Positions 29,236 to 38,819 of a stretch of 64,000 bases of DNA are shown piece after piece. Origin of the DNA: Methanobacteriota archaeon. Its GTDB lineage: Archaea > Thermoplasmatota > Poseidoniia > Poseidoniales > Thalassarchaeaceae. The notes beneath the pieces were generated by a model. That model searched no databases, was not told the origin of the DNA, and saw only the letters and a program-made list of their open reading frames with translations. The translations under genes and the position numbers were made by a program. Position 1 is the first letter of the stretch. Each line of letters starts with the position of its first letter. The DNA is taken from contig PATC01000023.1 in assembly GCA_002712285.1 (NCBI GenBank), positions 809 to 64,808 of the forward strand, read 5' to 3'.

Positions 29236-30456
29236 ATCGTTAGTTGTCCTTACTGTTCCATTGACTTGATTCAAACCCTTCTCGATTAATCCACTAATTC
29301 GTGGCCATGGAATGATATAACGCATTCCTGCAACAAAGATGACGAAAATTAGGGCTGAAATTACAGTCCCATAAGTGAGTTGAAGCTCAAGGGATTCCTC
29401 AACTTGACCACTCCACTGCGTTCCCTCGAAGAAGGACATTAGGTCGACAATCAAGTCATCAAACTTGAGAGCAAGAGCAGTAACAAGTCCCACAAAGAAG
29501 ACCATTCCTCCCGTATGCTTCAGATGTGTATTCAAGATATTATCGAACTGACGGACATATTCAGGATCTTTCTTGCAGGATTCAGGTAGTTTGAACGCAT
29601 ACTGCATGTACCTGATTGTAGCAGAACCTGATTCTAAGAAAATCATCAGTAGTAGGCCAATGGTCAGTAATGGAATAATTTCTGGTGCTATGAGTCCCCC
29701 CCATTCTGTAGCTTCACCAATCTGTACTGGTAAAGCTTGGAGATTTACCTCAACCGAGGAACGAACACCCTCGTAAGAAAGCAATGAATGGAGACCAAGA
29801 TAGACAATGGTAGAACCGACAGACCAAGTTATCTGCTGATTAGACAAACGCCAAATTCCCATTAGCCCAGTAAATACGGGAAGGAAGTAAATCAAGAGAA
29901 GAAATAGTTCGATGTAAAGTAACAAAGGGCTAACGAGGTATTCTACATGGTTCTTGTTGATTTCATCCTGTCCAAAAGGCAAGTAGAAACTGAATGAACC
30001 AATCATCCCGAATAGCCAAGTGATTAGGAAAAGACCTGCAAGATACAACAATGCAACTGACAGGATACCTAAGTTGACACGACGTCGAATCTTCATTGAC
30101 TGGTATCCAAGGAATGTCCAGCCAGCAACAATTGCACCGATAATCAATAGAGGCATCCAATATCGCCCATCTCCCTCGTTACCCATGCCGATCATCCAAT
30201 CTGGGAGAGGCCATGACTTATCGAGAGCGACAACGTACTGGTCGAGGACGCCTAGGGTAAGCGTGTGATCTACTGCTGGACACCAGGTCGCATCAATGGG
30301 GTCACATAATCCGTAAGTGCGCGTAATCATGATGTACATCCAGACAAGAGAAATTGTTGCGGTAATCTGGAGGGCTAATACCTGCCACTTACGACGAAGT
30401 GAACGTAGATGGAGAGATGTATGCCCTTCACCCTGTAGATTCACATCTTCCGCCAT
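29215..30456 (-). CDS. polytopic membrane protein (last gene of the CDC48-DUF58 operon)
   Basis: About 8 predicted TM helices. Its start is 4 nt from the DUF58 gene stop. Confidence 0.5.
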   Translation of the reverse strand: MAEDVNLQGEGHTSLHLRSLRRKWQVLALQITATISLVWMYIMITRTYGLCDPIDATWCPAVDHTLTLGVLDQYVVALDKSWPLPDWMIGMGNEGDGRYWMPLLIIGAIVAGWTFLGYQSMKIRRRVNLGILSVALLYLAGLFLITWLFGMIGSFSFYLPFGQDEINKNHVEYLVSPLLLYIELFLLLIYFLPVFTGLMGIWRLSNQQITWSVGSTIVYLGLHSLLSYEGVRSSVEVNLQALPVQIGEATEWGGLIAPEIIPLLTIGLLLMIFLESGSATIRYMQYAFKLPESCKKDPEYVRQFDNILNTHLKHTGGMVFFVGLVTALALKFDDLIVDLMSFFEGTQWSGQVEESLELQLTYGTVISALIFVIFVAGMRYIIPWPRISGLIEKGLNQVNGTVRTTNDSTIEEP

Positions 30457-30460
30457 TTAA

Positions 30461-31714
30461 TCACCCCATCTTGACCTGTAACAGAGCTTGGGACAACTCC
30501 ACATCCGGCATCCAATCAATCACACGTGCTCCAAAACCTGCAAGAGCAGTCAATCGATTCTGACGCTCAAGCTTGAGAACCTCATAAGAAGTCCTAGGAA
30601 TTCGGCTAACGAGTCGTTCGAAATCGACACTGCTAGGACTGAGAATGATGACTTCATGACCTCTTCCAGCAAGATCGCGAACAGCAGGAATCGTTGTACC
30701 ATCGCCCTCAGCTGCACTAATGATGAAGACTGGGGATCCTCTGCTAAAACGTGATGAAAGTGCATTTGTCACAGCTTGCAGGGGCATTGCACCCTTAGGA
30801 GCAACTCCAGCTAGACTACTCAAGATTTTGAAATACTGCTTATCACCAGTATCAGGAGGTAGGAAAGAAAGGTGATCATCGTAAACAGCAAGAGCTACAC
30901 TATCTCGACGTTTGATGAAGTATGAAGCAAGAGATGCTGCGGCTACTGTGCCCACTTCAAGTGGATTCTTGAGAACTGTACCAATACGACTGATGTCACG
31001 ACTATCAAGGAGAATAAAGACATCTGTAACCGCATCCCTACACTTCTCATTAACAATTAGAGTCCCGGTTCGAGCAAATGCCTTCCAATTGATTATCTTG
31101 AATGGGTCACCAGGAACATATTCTCGTAAACTAAAGAATTCAGTCCCAGGACCCGGTGTTCTAAGAGTCGTTGCACCAGTATACATCTTTGGGGTGCGAC
31201 TACGAACCATCGCCTCCTCAATTTCACGTACCTGTGGAAATACGATGAGATCCGAACGGTGATCAACATACATTTCTTGTGCAAATAAGTTGAATGAATC
31301 ACGATAGCGAATCGATATTGGACCTAGAGAATAATGACCTCTCAAGGGGCATCGAAGAACGTAACGAATGCGAGTTGTCTCGCCTGGGCCAAGATTAACA
31401 CGCATGTAATTCAGACCACTTCGTAGTTTCATTTCATGTGGGATATTGTCGTAGATTTCGAGTTGTTGAGTCCTACGCCAAGAGGAATTAGTAACCTCTA
31501 GATCAACGTATAAATCGTCACCTTTGTACAGATTATCTGCACTAAGTGTGCGGACTACTTCGATATCACCGTGACCTGTTATCCATGAGGCAACGGAGAT
31601 AAAAGAGACAAATGCAACACCAAATACCATCATCTGGAAGTTGGACATCATCATCCCAATGAGCACTAGAGATACACCAGATGCACCTAGAATCGAAGCT
31701 TTGCGAGTCCACAT
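30461..31714 (-). CDS. DUF58-family protein (vWA-like fold, normally a MoxR partner)
   Basis: Two N-terminal TMs. The signature LREYVPGDPFKIINWKAFARTGTLIVNE is followed by a vWA-like DVFILLDSRD segment. Confidence 0.65.
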   Translation of the reverse strand: MWTRKASILGASGVSLVLIGMMMSNFQMMVFGVAFVSFISVASWITGHGDIEVVRTLSADNLYKGDDLYVDLEVTNSSWRRTQQLEIYDNIPHEMKLRSGLNYMRVNLGPGETTRIRYVLRCPLRGHYSLGPISIRYRDSFNLFAQEMYVDHRSDLIVFPQVREIEEAMVRSRTPKMYTGATTLRTPGPGTEFFSLREYVPGDPFKIINWKAFARTGTLIVNEKCRDAVTDVFILLDSRDISRIGTVLKNPLEVGTVAAASLASYFIKRRDSVALAVYDDHLSFLPPDTGDKQYFKILSSLAGVAPKGAMPLQAVTNALSSRFSRGSPVFIISAAEGDGTTIPAVRDLAGRGHEVIILSPSSVDFERLVSRIPRTSYEVLKLERQNRLTALAGFGARVIDWMPDVELSQALLQVKMG

Positions 31715-31718
31715 ATCC

Positions 31719-33374
31719 TCAGCGCCTCCCCCATATTTTAATCCGCTTAATTACCGCGATTACTTCTTCCATTGAATATCGCCGATCTTCAAAGATGAAT
31801 TTGACGAGCACGGGATCATTCACCATCTTCTGCAATTCACGTGCTGGCAAGGCATCAAATTCCTCACGACTCAATGAATTGACGTTTCTTACTCTAGTTA
31901 GTAGGATTTGCTTAATCTTCTTTGGATTAGCATAGTACTCGTATCTAGCTGCATCTCCATACCCATAGTAAATAATGCTGAAAACATGACGCCACGGCTC
32001 GGGATCCATCTTCTTGATAATGATAAACTCAAACAAAACAAACAAGCTGAGGAACATAAACAACATGGCCATCCAATCGTTCGTGAAATAGATCAGGATG
32101 TAGTAGAGAAGATTGTAGGTGTCCCCCATGAAACTAGGTTGTTGATGACGACTCTCATCGAAAATCACTTGCGCTTCAGCAGATATTTGCCCATCCTCAG
32201 ACATGAGGGCTTCTGCAAGCGCATCCAACGCCCATCGACGATTGTCATTATCTGGAACCGTTTTATTCAGGTCCCCATATGCACCCTCTGCAAAACCCGC
32301 AGTATCGTAAAGCGCATTGATTAGTAAACTACCATCAGTTACAAAGTAAGCTCGACCAGCATCAGCACTGTCACAATTTCTTGACCTGCAGTACTTGATG
32401 TAGGTGGCAAATGGCCCTTGCTCATCAGCACCAACTTCTGAACCACTAAAACCAACAGTAAGTTGGCCATCATCATTGGTGTCAAGATATGCATCTTGAG
32501 AGGAGTACCCTATCGCGTAGAGATTTTGATTTTCGTCTCCAGAGAGGTCTTTGTCGAATGCACTTGGTTGGTTGAGCAGAAGATCGTAACCAGGATTCGT
32601 GTCATACTGTTGTGTTATCGAATCCCATCGATGTGCGCATAGACCTAGATCGGTTGAAGTCGGTAGACGTTCAAATCCGACACTAGGGTTACTAGACTCA
32701 ACATCAAGGAAATCTGGAACACCGTCAGTGTCTCCATCAGCAGTACATGGGTTTGTCTCCGTCTTCGGTCCCGAAGTGCTGGTGTAATTGAAGCCATTCG
32801 TAATGTTGGACCAAACGAAATTGTAATCCAGACTTGGATCCCAAGTTTGAGTATCATACAATTGATGGCCGCTGAATCCTAGACCGAAGTCCTCGGCTAA
32901 GCCTTGTGAATAGCCAAAATCATCTAGCATAATTAGCGTCCCTCCACGCTCAACAAAAGTCCGGATAGCATCAATCTCGGAGTTTGAATAACCAAGGCCT
33001 TCGACTAGATTGATTACTGATGAATCACCGCTAAAACTTGGCAATGAAATTGTATCTCGTTCCACTCCAGAGATAACGAACACTGTATCGCTAGGCGATT
33101 GAATCTCCTCTAAAAGTAAAGGACTACTGACTATACTAGTGGTAGTAAGATTCTGTGACTTGATGTCCTCACGGAATGAACTCATATCATTCCAATCAGT
33201 TCCGTATGCGCTCTGATGAACTTCTGAACGTTCAATGTAGGTACCTGCTACCGTCATTAGAAGGGTGCCGAGTGTAAGATAAAACAGGACTATAGCAACC
33301 GAACGGCGACCATTCGCTGACCGTAACCAATCAGTCACAGTAGCAACGTTCAATGAAGCCAATCCTATCACCAT
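31719..33374 (-). CDS. membrane-anchored protein, DUF4350-like
   Basis: N-terminal TM, an extracytoplasmic domain containing IRTFVERGGTLIMLDDFGYSQGLAEDFGL (DUF4350/GldG-like motif), and a C-terminal TM. Tentative. Confidence 0.4.
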   Translation of the reverse strand: MVIGLASLNVATVTDWLRSANGRRSVAIVLFYLTLGTLLMTVAGTYIERSEVHQSAYGTDWNDMSSFREDIKSQNLTTTSIVSSPLLLEEIQSPSDTVFVISGVERDTISLPSFSGDSSVINLVEGLGYSNSEIDAIRTFVERGGTLIMLDDFGYSQGLAEDFGLGFSGHQLYDTQTWDPSLDYNFVWSNITNGFNYTSTSGPKTETNPCTADGDTDGVPDFLDVESSNPSVGFERLPTSTDLGLCAHRWDSITQQYDTNPGYDLLLNQPSAFDKDLSGDENQNLYAIGYSSQDAYLDTNDDGQLTVGFSGSEVGADEQGPFATYIKYCRSRNCDSADAGRAYFVTDGSLLINALYDTAGFAEGAYGDLNKTVPDNDNRRWALDALAEALMSEDGQISAEAQVIFDESRHQQPSFMGDTYNLLYYILIYFTNDWMAMLFMFLSLFVLFEFIIIKKMDPEPWRHVFSIIYYGYGDAARYEYYANPKKIKQILLTRVRNVNSLSREEFDALPARELQKMVNDPVLVKFIFEDRRYSMEEVIAVIKRIKIWGRR

Positions 33375-33444
33375 CCAGCAAGTGGAGCAAGATTCAGACG
33401 CTCATGCGAGCCTTAAGACGGTTGTGCGGTCCCGCGCAGGTAAA

Positions 33445-33690
33445 TCAGCGATGCAGGTGCACGATTGCACCTATTTCTCTAACTTCATCTACTGGAAGGG
33501 AAATCATACCCGCCTCGGAGGGCCAAGGTAACTGAGCTGGATCAAGTTCCTGCGCAATTTTCACGAGAATGTATGTCACAGAACCTGTTCGTGAGTCGAC
33601 AACAAGATCTGCTACATGACCAAGCACATCGCCACTCCTATCTCGAACCTCCCTTGCGAGAAGTTCTCGCGTGAAGGTCGCTGGCAACAA
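33445..33690 (-). CDS. PRC-barrel domain protein
   Basis: 81 aa containing LLAREVRDRSGDVLGHVADLVVDSRTGSVTYILVK, a PRC-barrel-like beta pattern. Confidence 0.5.
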   Translation of the reverse strand: MLPATFTRELLAREVRDRSGDVLGHVADLVVDSRTGSVTYILVKIAQELDPAQLPWPSEAGMISLPVDEVREIGAIVHLHR

Positions 33691-33696
33691 AACACC

Positions 33697-35919
33697 TCAT
33701 ACCGATTCTATACCACGTAGACCGTCATTGTTCCGACGAATGGAGTCCAATCCACTGGTAAGCATTGATTGGAGTTTTTCGTAATACTCCATCATCTGGG
33801 GCGTAACAGTAGGCCGGACGCGATCAATCGCTTCCTCGAAGTGTTTGCGAGTAATTGTCTTCCTCTTCGCTCTCATAGCAATAAGAGCGGCTTCCCGACA
33901 AACTGCTTCAACATCTGCGCCCGTATATCCAGACAGAGGTTTTGCCATATCATCCAGAGAGAACTTCCCGATTGGCATGTCCTCGGTATGAATTTTCAGA
34001 ATCTCACGAATAGAATCCTCATCAGGAGGAGGAACGTGAAGCACCCGTTCAAAACGTCCAGACCGAAGAAGAGCCGGATCTATCATTTCAGGACGGTTTG
34101 TAGCAGCAATGACAATGACACCATCCAAAGCTTCGACACCATCCATTGAAGATAAAAGCTGATTGACGACGCGATTCATCACATCACTGCCTTCGCCTCT
34201 GTTTTCAACACGAGCACCTGCGATAGATTCGAATTCGTCAAGGAAAATGATACTCGGAGCGGCCTGCTTCGCTTTCTTGAACACCTCTCGAATGCCTCGC
34301 TCGGATTCACCAACCCATTTGGAAATCATCTCAGGACCCTTTACAGAGATGAAATTAGCCTTTGCTTCGTTCGCAATCGCCTTCGCAATGAGGGTCTTTC
34401 CAGTACCAGGAGCGCCGAAGAGAATGACACCCCGTGGAGGCTTAACACCAAAATGCTCGAACAACTCAGGTTGAGTCAAAGGCCACTCAATGCTCTCCTT
34501 CAGTCGATCCTTGATTTCATGTAGACCACCTACTTGGTCCCAGGAGACCTCTGGAATCTCAACATAAATTTCCCGTAATGCACTGGGTTCGATGTCCTTT
34601 ATGGCCTCCTTGAAATCAGCCATCTGGACCTCCATCTTCTCAAGGACCTCTGGTGCAATCTCTTCCTCATCAAGATCAATTTCTGGAAGATATCGCCGAA
34701 GAGCCTTCATCGCTGCCTCTCTGACGAGTGCATTGATGTCAGCACCAACGAAACCATAGGTATTTTCGAGAACCCATTCAATCTCAAAATCATCACTAAT
34801 CGGCATTCCACGCGTATGTATGTCAACTATCTCACGCCGACCTTCCTTGTCAGGGACACCAATTTCGAGTTCACGATCGAACCGACCAGGGCGTCGAAGA
34901 GCCTGATCTATTGCATCACGACGATTCGTTGCTCCGATTACTATGACGTTGTCACGTCCATGCATACCATCCATCAACGTGAGAAGTTGTGCTACAACGC
35001 GGCGCTCAACTTCTCCTGTAACGTCTTCACGCTTGGGTGCGATACTATCTAATTCGTCAATGAAGATAATTGCTGGAGCATTTTGAGTGGCATCATCGAA
35101 AATCTCTCTGAGTTGCTTCTCTGATTCACCATAATATTTTGAGATGATTTCGGGACCATTTATGGAAGTAAAATGAGCATTTGTCTCAGAAGCTACCGCT
35201 TTGGCAATCATTGTCTTACCTGTTCCAGGTGGCCCATGAAGGAGGACTCCCTTTGGCGGGTCAATACCTAGCCTTCGGAATAGAATAGGATGCTTAAGTG
35301 GAAGTTCAATCATTTCCCGAACTTTTTGGAGTTGGTTGCCCAAGCCGCCGATGTCTTCGTATGCGATTTGGTGGCCTGCTGCATCTTCCTCCTCATCTAG
35401 GATCTCCTCTTTGATGACAATTTCTGTCTCTGGTGCGACCTGTACGATGCCTTTAGGCCGCGTGCTAACTATTGCGAAAGGGAGGGCCTCAGCGAAAAGC
35501 GTCATTCCAGGTATGAAAATACGATCCCCAGCAACAACAGGTCTCTTGTTCAAACCTCGACGAGCAAACCCTTCAATGCCTGGTCCAAAGCGAACCTTCT
35601 GTTGCTTAGCCATCACTGGAGAAAGAACAAGTCGTTCACATTTCTTGACCTCAACCTTACGGACATCAACACGATCTCCCAGACTAACACCTGCATTCTT
35701 ACGGATGATTCCATCGATTCGAATTACACCTAGATTCGCATCCTCTGGCCGACAGCGCCACACAACAGCAGCAGTCTTGTTCTCGCCCGATATCTCGATG
35801 ATATCACCTGGCTTCAAATCGAGATCGTTATTGAATGGGACTCGAGCTCGGCCATGTCCAACATCACTGGGAATCGCTTTCGCAACACGGAGAGTCACTG
35901 ATTCGTCTGCTCCTGCCAT
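33697..35919 (-). CDS. cdc48: CDC48/VCP/VAT-type AAA+ ATPase (double-psi-barrel N domain + D1 + D2)
   Basis: Two complete AAA modules, each with GPPGTGKT / GAPGTGKT Walker A and DELDSIA / DEFESIA Walker B. The N-domain is [13 protein letters not shown]...[20 protein letters not shown]. Confidence 0.9.
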   Translation of the reverse strand: MAGADESVTLRVAKAIPSDVGHGRARVPFNNDLDLKPGDIIEISGENKTAAVVWRCRPEDANLGVIRIDGIIRKNAGVSLGDRVDVRKVEVKKCERLVLSPVMAKQQKVRFGPGIEGFARRGLNKRPVVAGDRIFIPGMTLFAEALPFAIVSTRPKGIVQVAPETEIVIKEEILDEEEDAAGHQIAYEDIGGLGNQLQKVREMIELPLKHPILFRRLGIDPPKGVLLHGPPGTGKTMIAKAVASETNAHFTSINGPEIISKYYGESEKQLREIFDDATQNAPAIIFIDELDSIAPKREDVTGEVERRVVAQLLTLMDGMHGRDNVIVIGATNRRDAIDQALRRPGRFDRELEIGVPDKEGRREIVDIHTRGMPISDDFEIEWVLENTYGFVGADINALVREAAMKALRRYLPEIDLDEEEIAPEVLEKMEVQMADFKEAIKDIEPSALREIYVEIPEVSWDQVGGLHEIKDRLKESIEWPLTQPELFEHFGVKPPRGVILFGAPGTGKTLIAKAIANEAKANFISVKGPEMISKWVGESERGIREVFKKAKQAAPSIIFLDEFESIAGARVENRGEGSDVMNRVVNQLLSSMDGVEALDGVIVIAATNRPEMIDPALLRSGRFERVLHVPPPDEDSIREILKIHTEDMPIGKFSLDDMAKPLSGYTGADVEAVCREAALIAMRAKRKTITRKHFEEAIDRVRPTVTPQMMEYYEKLQSMLTSGLDSIRRNNDGLRGIESV

Positions 35920-36039
35920 TCTCGCACCTCGGGTGATAGGGACTGTTCGTCGGGGGCTATTAAACCCGAACCGAAACCTATGCTCTACGTCCTCAAGAGA
36001 CGTTCGTCACATTGATGAGACGAGGTTCAATGGCGGCCT

Positions 36040-37674
36040 ATGGCACACATCCTTGAGGCCGGCTTTGAATACATGGAAGCATCTTCTCAAAATCCGAATG
36101 GTTCCCCTAAAGTTCGAGGATACAACATCATTGGAGGACAACTGAAATTAGCATCGGATGGAAGGACTTTCGTTTCTACAAACCCCGCTTGGCTTGGAGA
36201 TGAATTAGGAGAGTTTCCGCTTTCTACAAAGGAGGATGTAAGAGAGGCATTGGCTGCAGCCCACGCCGCATTCCCATCATGGGCTGCGACACCCGCACCT
36301 ACTCGTGGTCAAATTATCGGCAACATGGGTCGTCTCCTAATGGAACACAAAGATGAAATTGTCAGACTCCAAAGTCGTGAGATCGGAAAGACACTGAAAG
36401 AAAGTTCTGGAGAAGTCCAAGAGGCAATTGACACATGCCTATTCTTTCAATCCGAAGGGCGACGACTATACGGCCAGACTGTTAACAGTGAACTCCCAGA
36501 CAAGGAACTCTTTACTTATCGCAGACCTTTAGGTGTCTGTGGCATCATTAACGCTTGCAATTTCCCTTCTGCAGTTCCTTTCTGGAAAATGATCCCCGCG
36601 ATTATGTGTGGAAATACCTGTGTGTGGAAGTCTCCTCAAGACGCCCCGCTTCTTTCATTTGCGCTTGCACGAATTATGCACCAATCCGGAATCCCGGATG
36701 GTGTAATCAACCTCGTGCACGGTAAGGGTAGCGGCGCAGGTCAACATCTCGTTGATGCAGTAGATGATGGTCTAGTCAACAAAATCTCATTCACTGGATC
36801 AACAGGTGTAGGCAAAATGATCGGTGAAATATGTGGCCGGAATCTCGTTTCCTGCTCTTTAGAACTTGGAGGGAAAAACCCACTCGTCATCATGCCATCC
36901 GCTAATCTTGAAAACGCTGTTTTGGGCGCTTATTGGGCAGGATTCGGAACGGCAGGACAACGCTGTACAAGCCTTGGTAACCTAATTGTTCACGAGAGTA
37001 TCTACGATGAATTCCTTGAAATGTACATGAACAAAGTCCGAACGACGCGAATTGGTGACTCAATGCGTCATGAGGATGTGTTGTATGGGTCTATGCTATC
37101 AGAAAAGTACGCGAAGGACTTCTTGAAAGGTCTTGAAATGTGTGATGCATCAGGTGCAAAGCGCATTCATGGCGAAGGACGAATCACTGAAGAGAGTGCT
37201 CCAGAAAACTTCCTTGGTTCCGCAAACGAAGGGGTCTACATGTGGCCTCATGTTTATGTTGATGTAACTGAAGAAATGGAGTGCTTCCATGAAGAGATAT
37301 TCGGACCTCTCGTTACAATAGTGAAAGCAAAAGACTTCAACCATGCATTACATCTAGCCAACGCTTCCCCCTATGGCCTTTCATCAGCAATCTACACCAA
37401 CGATCGTCTCGAAGCCTACCGCTTCAAAACGGGAATTAAAGCCGGAATGACTGGCATTAACAACTCAACCACAGGCGCAGAAGCACACCTTCCATTTGGC
37501 GGTGTAAAGGGGTCTGGTAATGGAACACGAGAGTCTGGAATTTGGGTCATTGAGGCATACTCCTACTGGCACGCCGTGAATGATGAATTGAGTGGTAAGT
37601 TACAACTCGCACAAATGGATGTGGATGAAATCGAGATTGAAGAAGCAGAAGTGGACTATGGCAGCCTTGCTTGA
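36040..37674 (+). CDS. aldehyde dehydrogenase, ALDH7/antiquitin-like (aminoadipate-semialdehyde dehydrogenase family)
   Basis: AFPSWAATPAPTRGQII, CGNTCVWK, FTGSTGVGK, GTAGQRCTS and the C-terminal GVKGSGNGTRESG parallel ALDH7A1 block by block. Confidence 0.75.
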   Translation: MAHILEAGFEYMEASSQNPNGSPKVRGYNIIGGQLKLASDGRTFVSTNPAWLGDELGEFPLSTKEDVREALAAAHAAFPSWAATPAPTRGQIIGNMGRLLMEHKDEIVRLQSREIGKTLKESSGEVQEAIDTCLFFQSEGRRLYGQTVNSELPDKELFTYRRPLGVCGIINACNFPSAVPFWKMIPAIMCGNTCVWKSPQDAPLLSFALARIMHQSGIPDGVINLVHGKGSGAGQHLVDAVDDGLVNKISFTGSTGVGKMIGEICGRNLVSCSLELGGKNPLVIMPSANLENAVLGAYWAGFGTAGQRCTSLGNLIVHESIYDEFLEMYMNKVRTTRIGDSMRHEDVLYGSMLSEKYAKDFLKGLEMCDASGAKRIHGEGRITEESAPENFLGSANEGVYMWPHVYVDVTEEMECFHEEIFGPLVTIVKAKDFNHALHLANASPYGLSSAIYTNDRLEAYRFKTGIKAGMTGINNSTTGAEAHLPFGGVKGSGNGTRESGIWVIEAYSYWHAVNDELSGKLQLAQMDVDEIEIEEAEVDYGSLA

Positions 37675-37727
37675 ATGTAAAATGAGTTCAAGCAATACCT
37701 AAAGAAGGAGGTTATCAAACGGACATT

Positions 37728-37955
37728 ATGGCCAAATCTATTCTGGCCGCGATGGTTTTTGGAATCATGATTAGCAGCCTCAACAAGATACAAACCAGTG
37801 AGATGATTTTGAATTATATCAGCTCATTTCTTCTCGTAATTTCAACAGCGGCTTGGTCAATAATTTCAGTTGTTTTAGTTCTAGCAATTTACAGGATTAT
37901 TAAGCAAGATCGAAGAAGCGACGGGACGCATGCATCCACAAAATGTAATGCTTGA
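37728..37955 (+). CDS. small two-TM membrane protein
   Basis: 75 aa, two hydrophobic helices. Overlaps the next gene by ATGA. Confidence 0.3.
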   Translation: MAKSILAAMVFGIMISSLNKIQTSEMILNYISSFLLVISTAAWSIISVVLVLAIYRIIKQDRRSDGTHASTKCNA

Positions 37956-38809
37956 TGGGATTCCACGAAACAATAGAGATAAAGACCGTTGAAACAGGGA
38001 AAAGGTGCTTCAGTATGGGAACTACAGTCAAGCTCCCAATGTCCAGTGGTTTTGGAGATACAGATAGGATTGATCGTTGGTGGACACAACCACTGTGGAT
38101 GGGGGTTGCACTTACTGCAGCTTTAATTTACACAGTGCTGAGGCTGGTTTACTTTGATTCTCAAATCCACTATGAAAATCACAGGGTCACAAGTCCAATT
38201 TTCTCCCCGGATATTATCCATCTCTGGAATCTAGATGTCCCAAATTGGGCAAATTCTGCGATGTTGATTCTATGGATTCCATTTGGTTTTCGCGGGACTT
38301 GCTATTACATGCGGAGAGTATACTACAGGACCTTTTTTGCTAGTCCAAGTGCCTGTATGGTTGCGGAGCCGAAAATTTCCAAGAAAATTGGATACCGTGG
38401 TGAAAGAGGACTTTTCTTCTTTAATCATCTACACAGATACATGCTATACCTAGCATTGATTATTCTGACAATGAAGTATTTTGATATCCTTCACACAATG
38501 CAATTCTATTCACCTAATGGACAAACTAGCATTGGGCTATCCATTGGAACAATAGTACTAACAATCGAAGCCTTCCTTCTAACCATGTACGTTACATCAT
38601 GCCATGCATTTAGGCATTTGATCGGAGGAGGAGCAAATAGATGGAGAGGTATCCTTGGGAAATTTCAAGGAAGAATATACGAAATTGTAAGTGGTTTCAA
38701 TATTCACCATGGATTTTGGTTTTGGACCAGTTTAGCAATGGTTTTTCTTGGGGACCTATTTGTGTGGGGTGTCGCAGAGGGGGTCCTAAGCGACCCTAGG
38801 ATATTCTGA
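37952..38809 (+). CDS. putative succinate dehydrogenase/fumarate reductase membrane anchor (5-TM, His-rich, type-B-like)
   Basis: Five predicted TM helices with several conserved-looking His residues. It lies directly upstream of sdhA and sdhB in the same orientation. Confidence 0.45.
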   Translation: MMGFHETIEIKTVETGKRCFSMGTTVKLPMSSGFGDTDRIDRWWTQPLWMGVALTAALIYTVLRLVYFDSQIHYENHRVTSPIFSPDIIHLWNLDVPNWANSAMLILWIPFGFRGTCYYMRRVYYRTFFASPSACMVAEPKISKKIGYRGERGLFFFNHLHRYMLYLALIILTMKYFDILHTMQFYSPNGQTSIGLSIGTIVLTIEAFLLTMYVTSCHAFRHLIGGGANRWRGILGKFQGRIYEIVSGFNIHHGFWFWTSLAMVFLGDLFVWGVAEGVLSDPRIF

Positions 38810-38819
38810 GGTTTGACCT

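Noticed and set aside
35336-36145. 269-aa plus-strand ORF
   Set aside because: It lies antisense inside the cdc48 coding region, has Ser/Pro/Arg-rich low-complexity composition and no start context. It is a mirror-frame artefact of a long gene.
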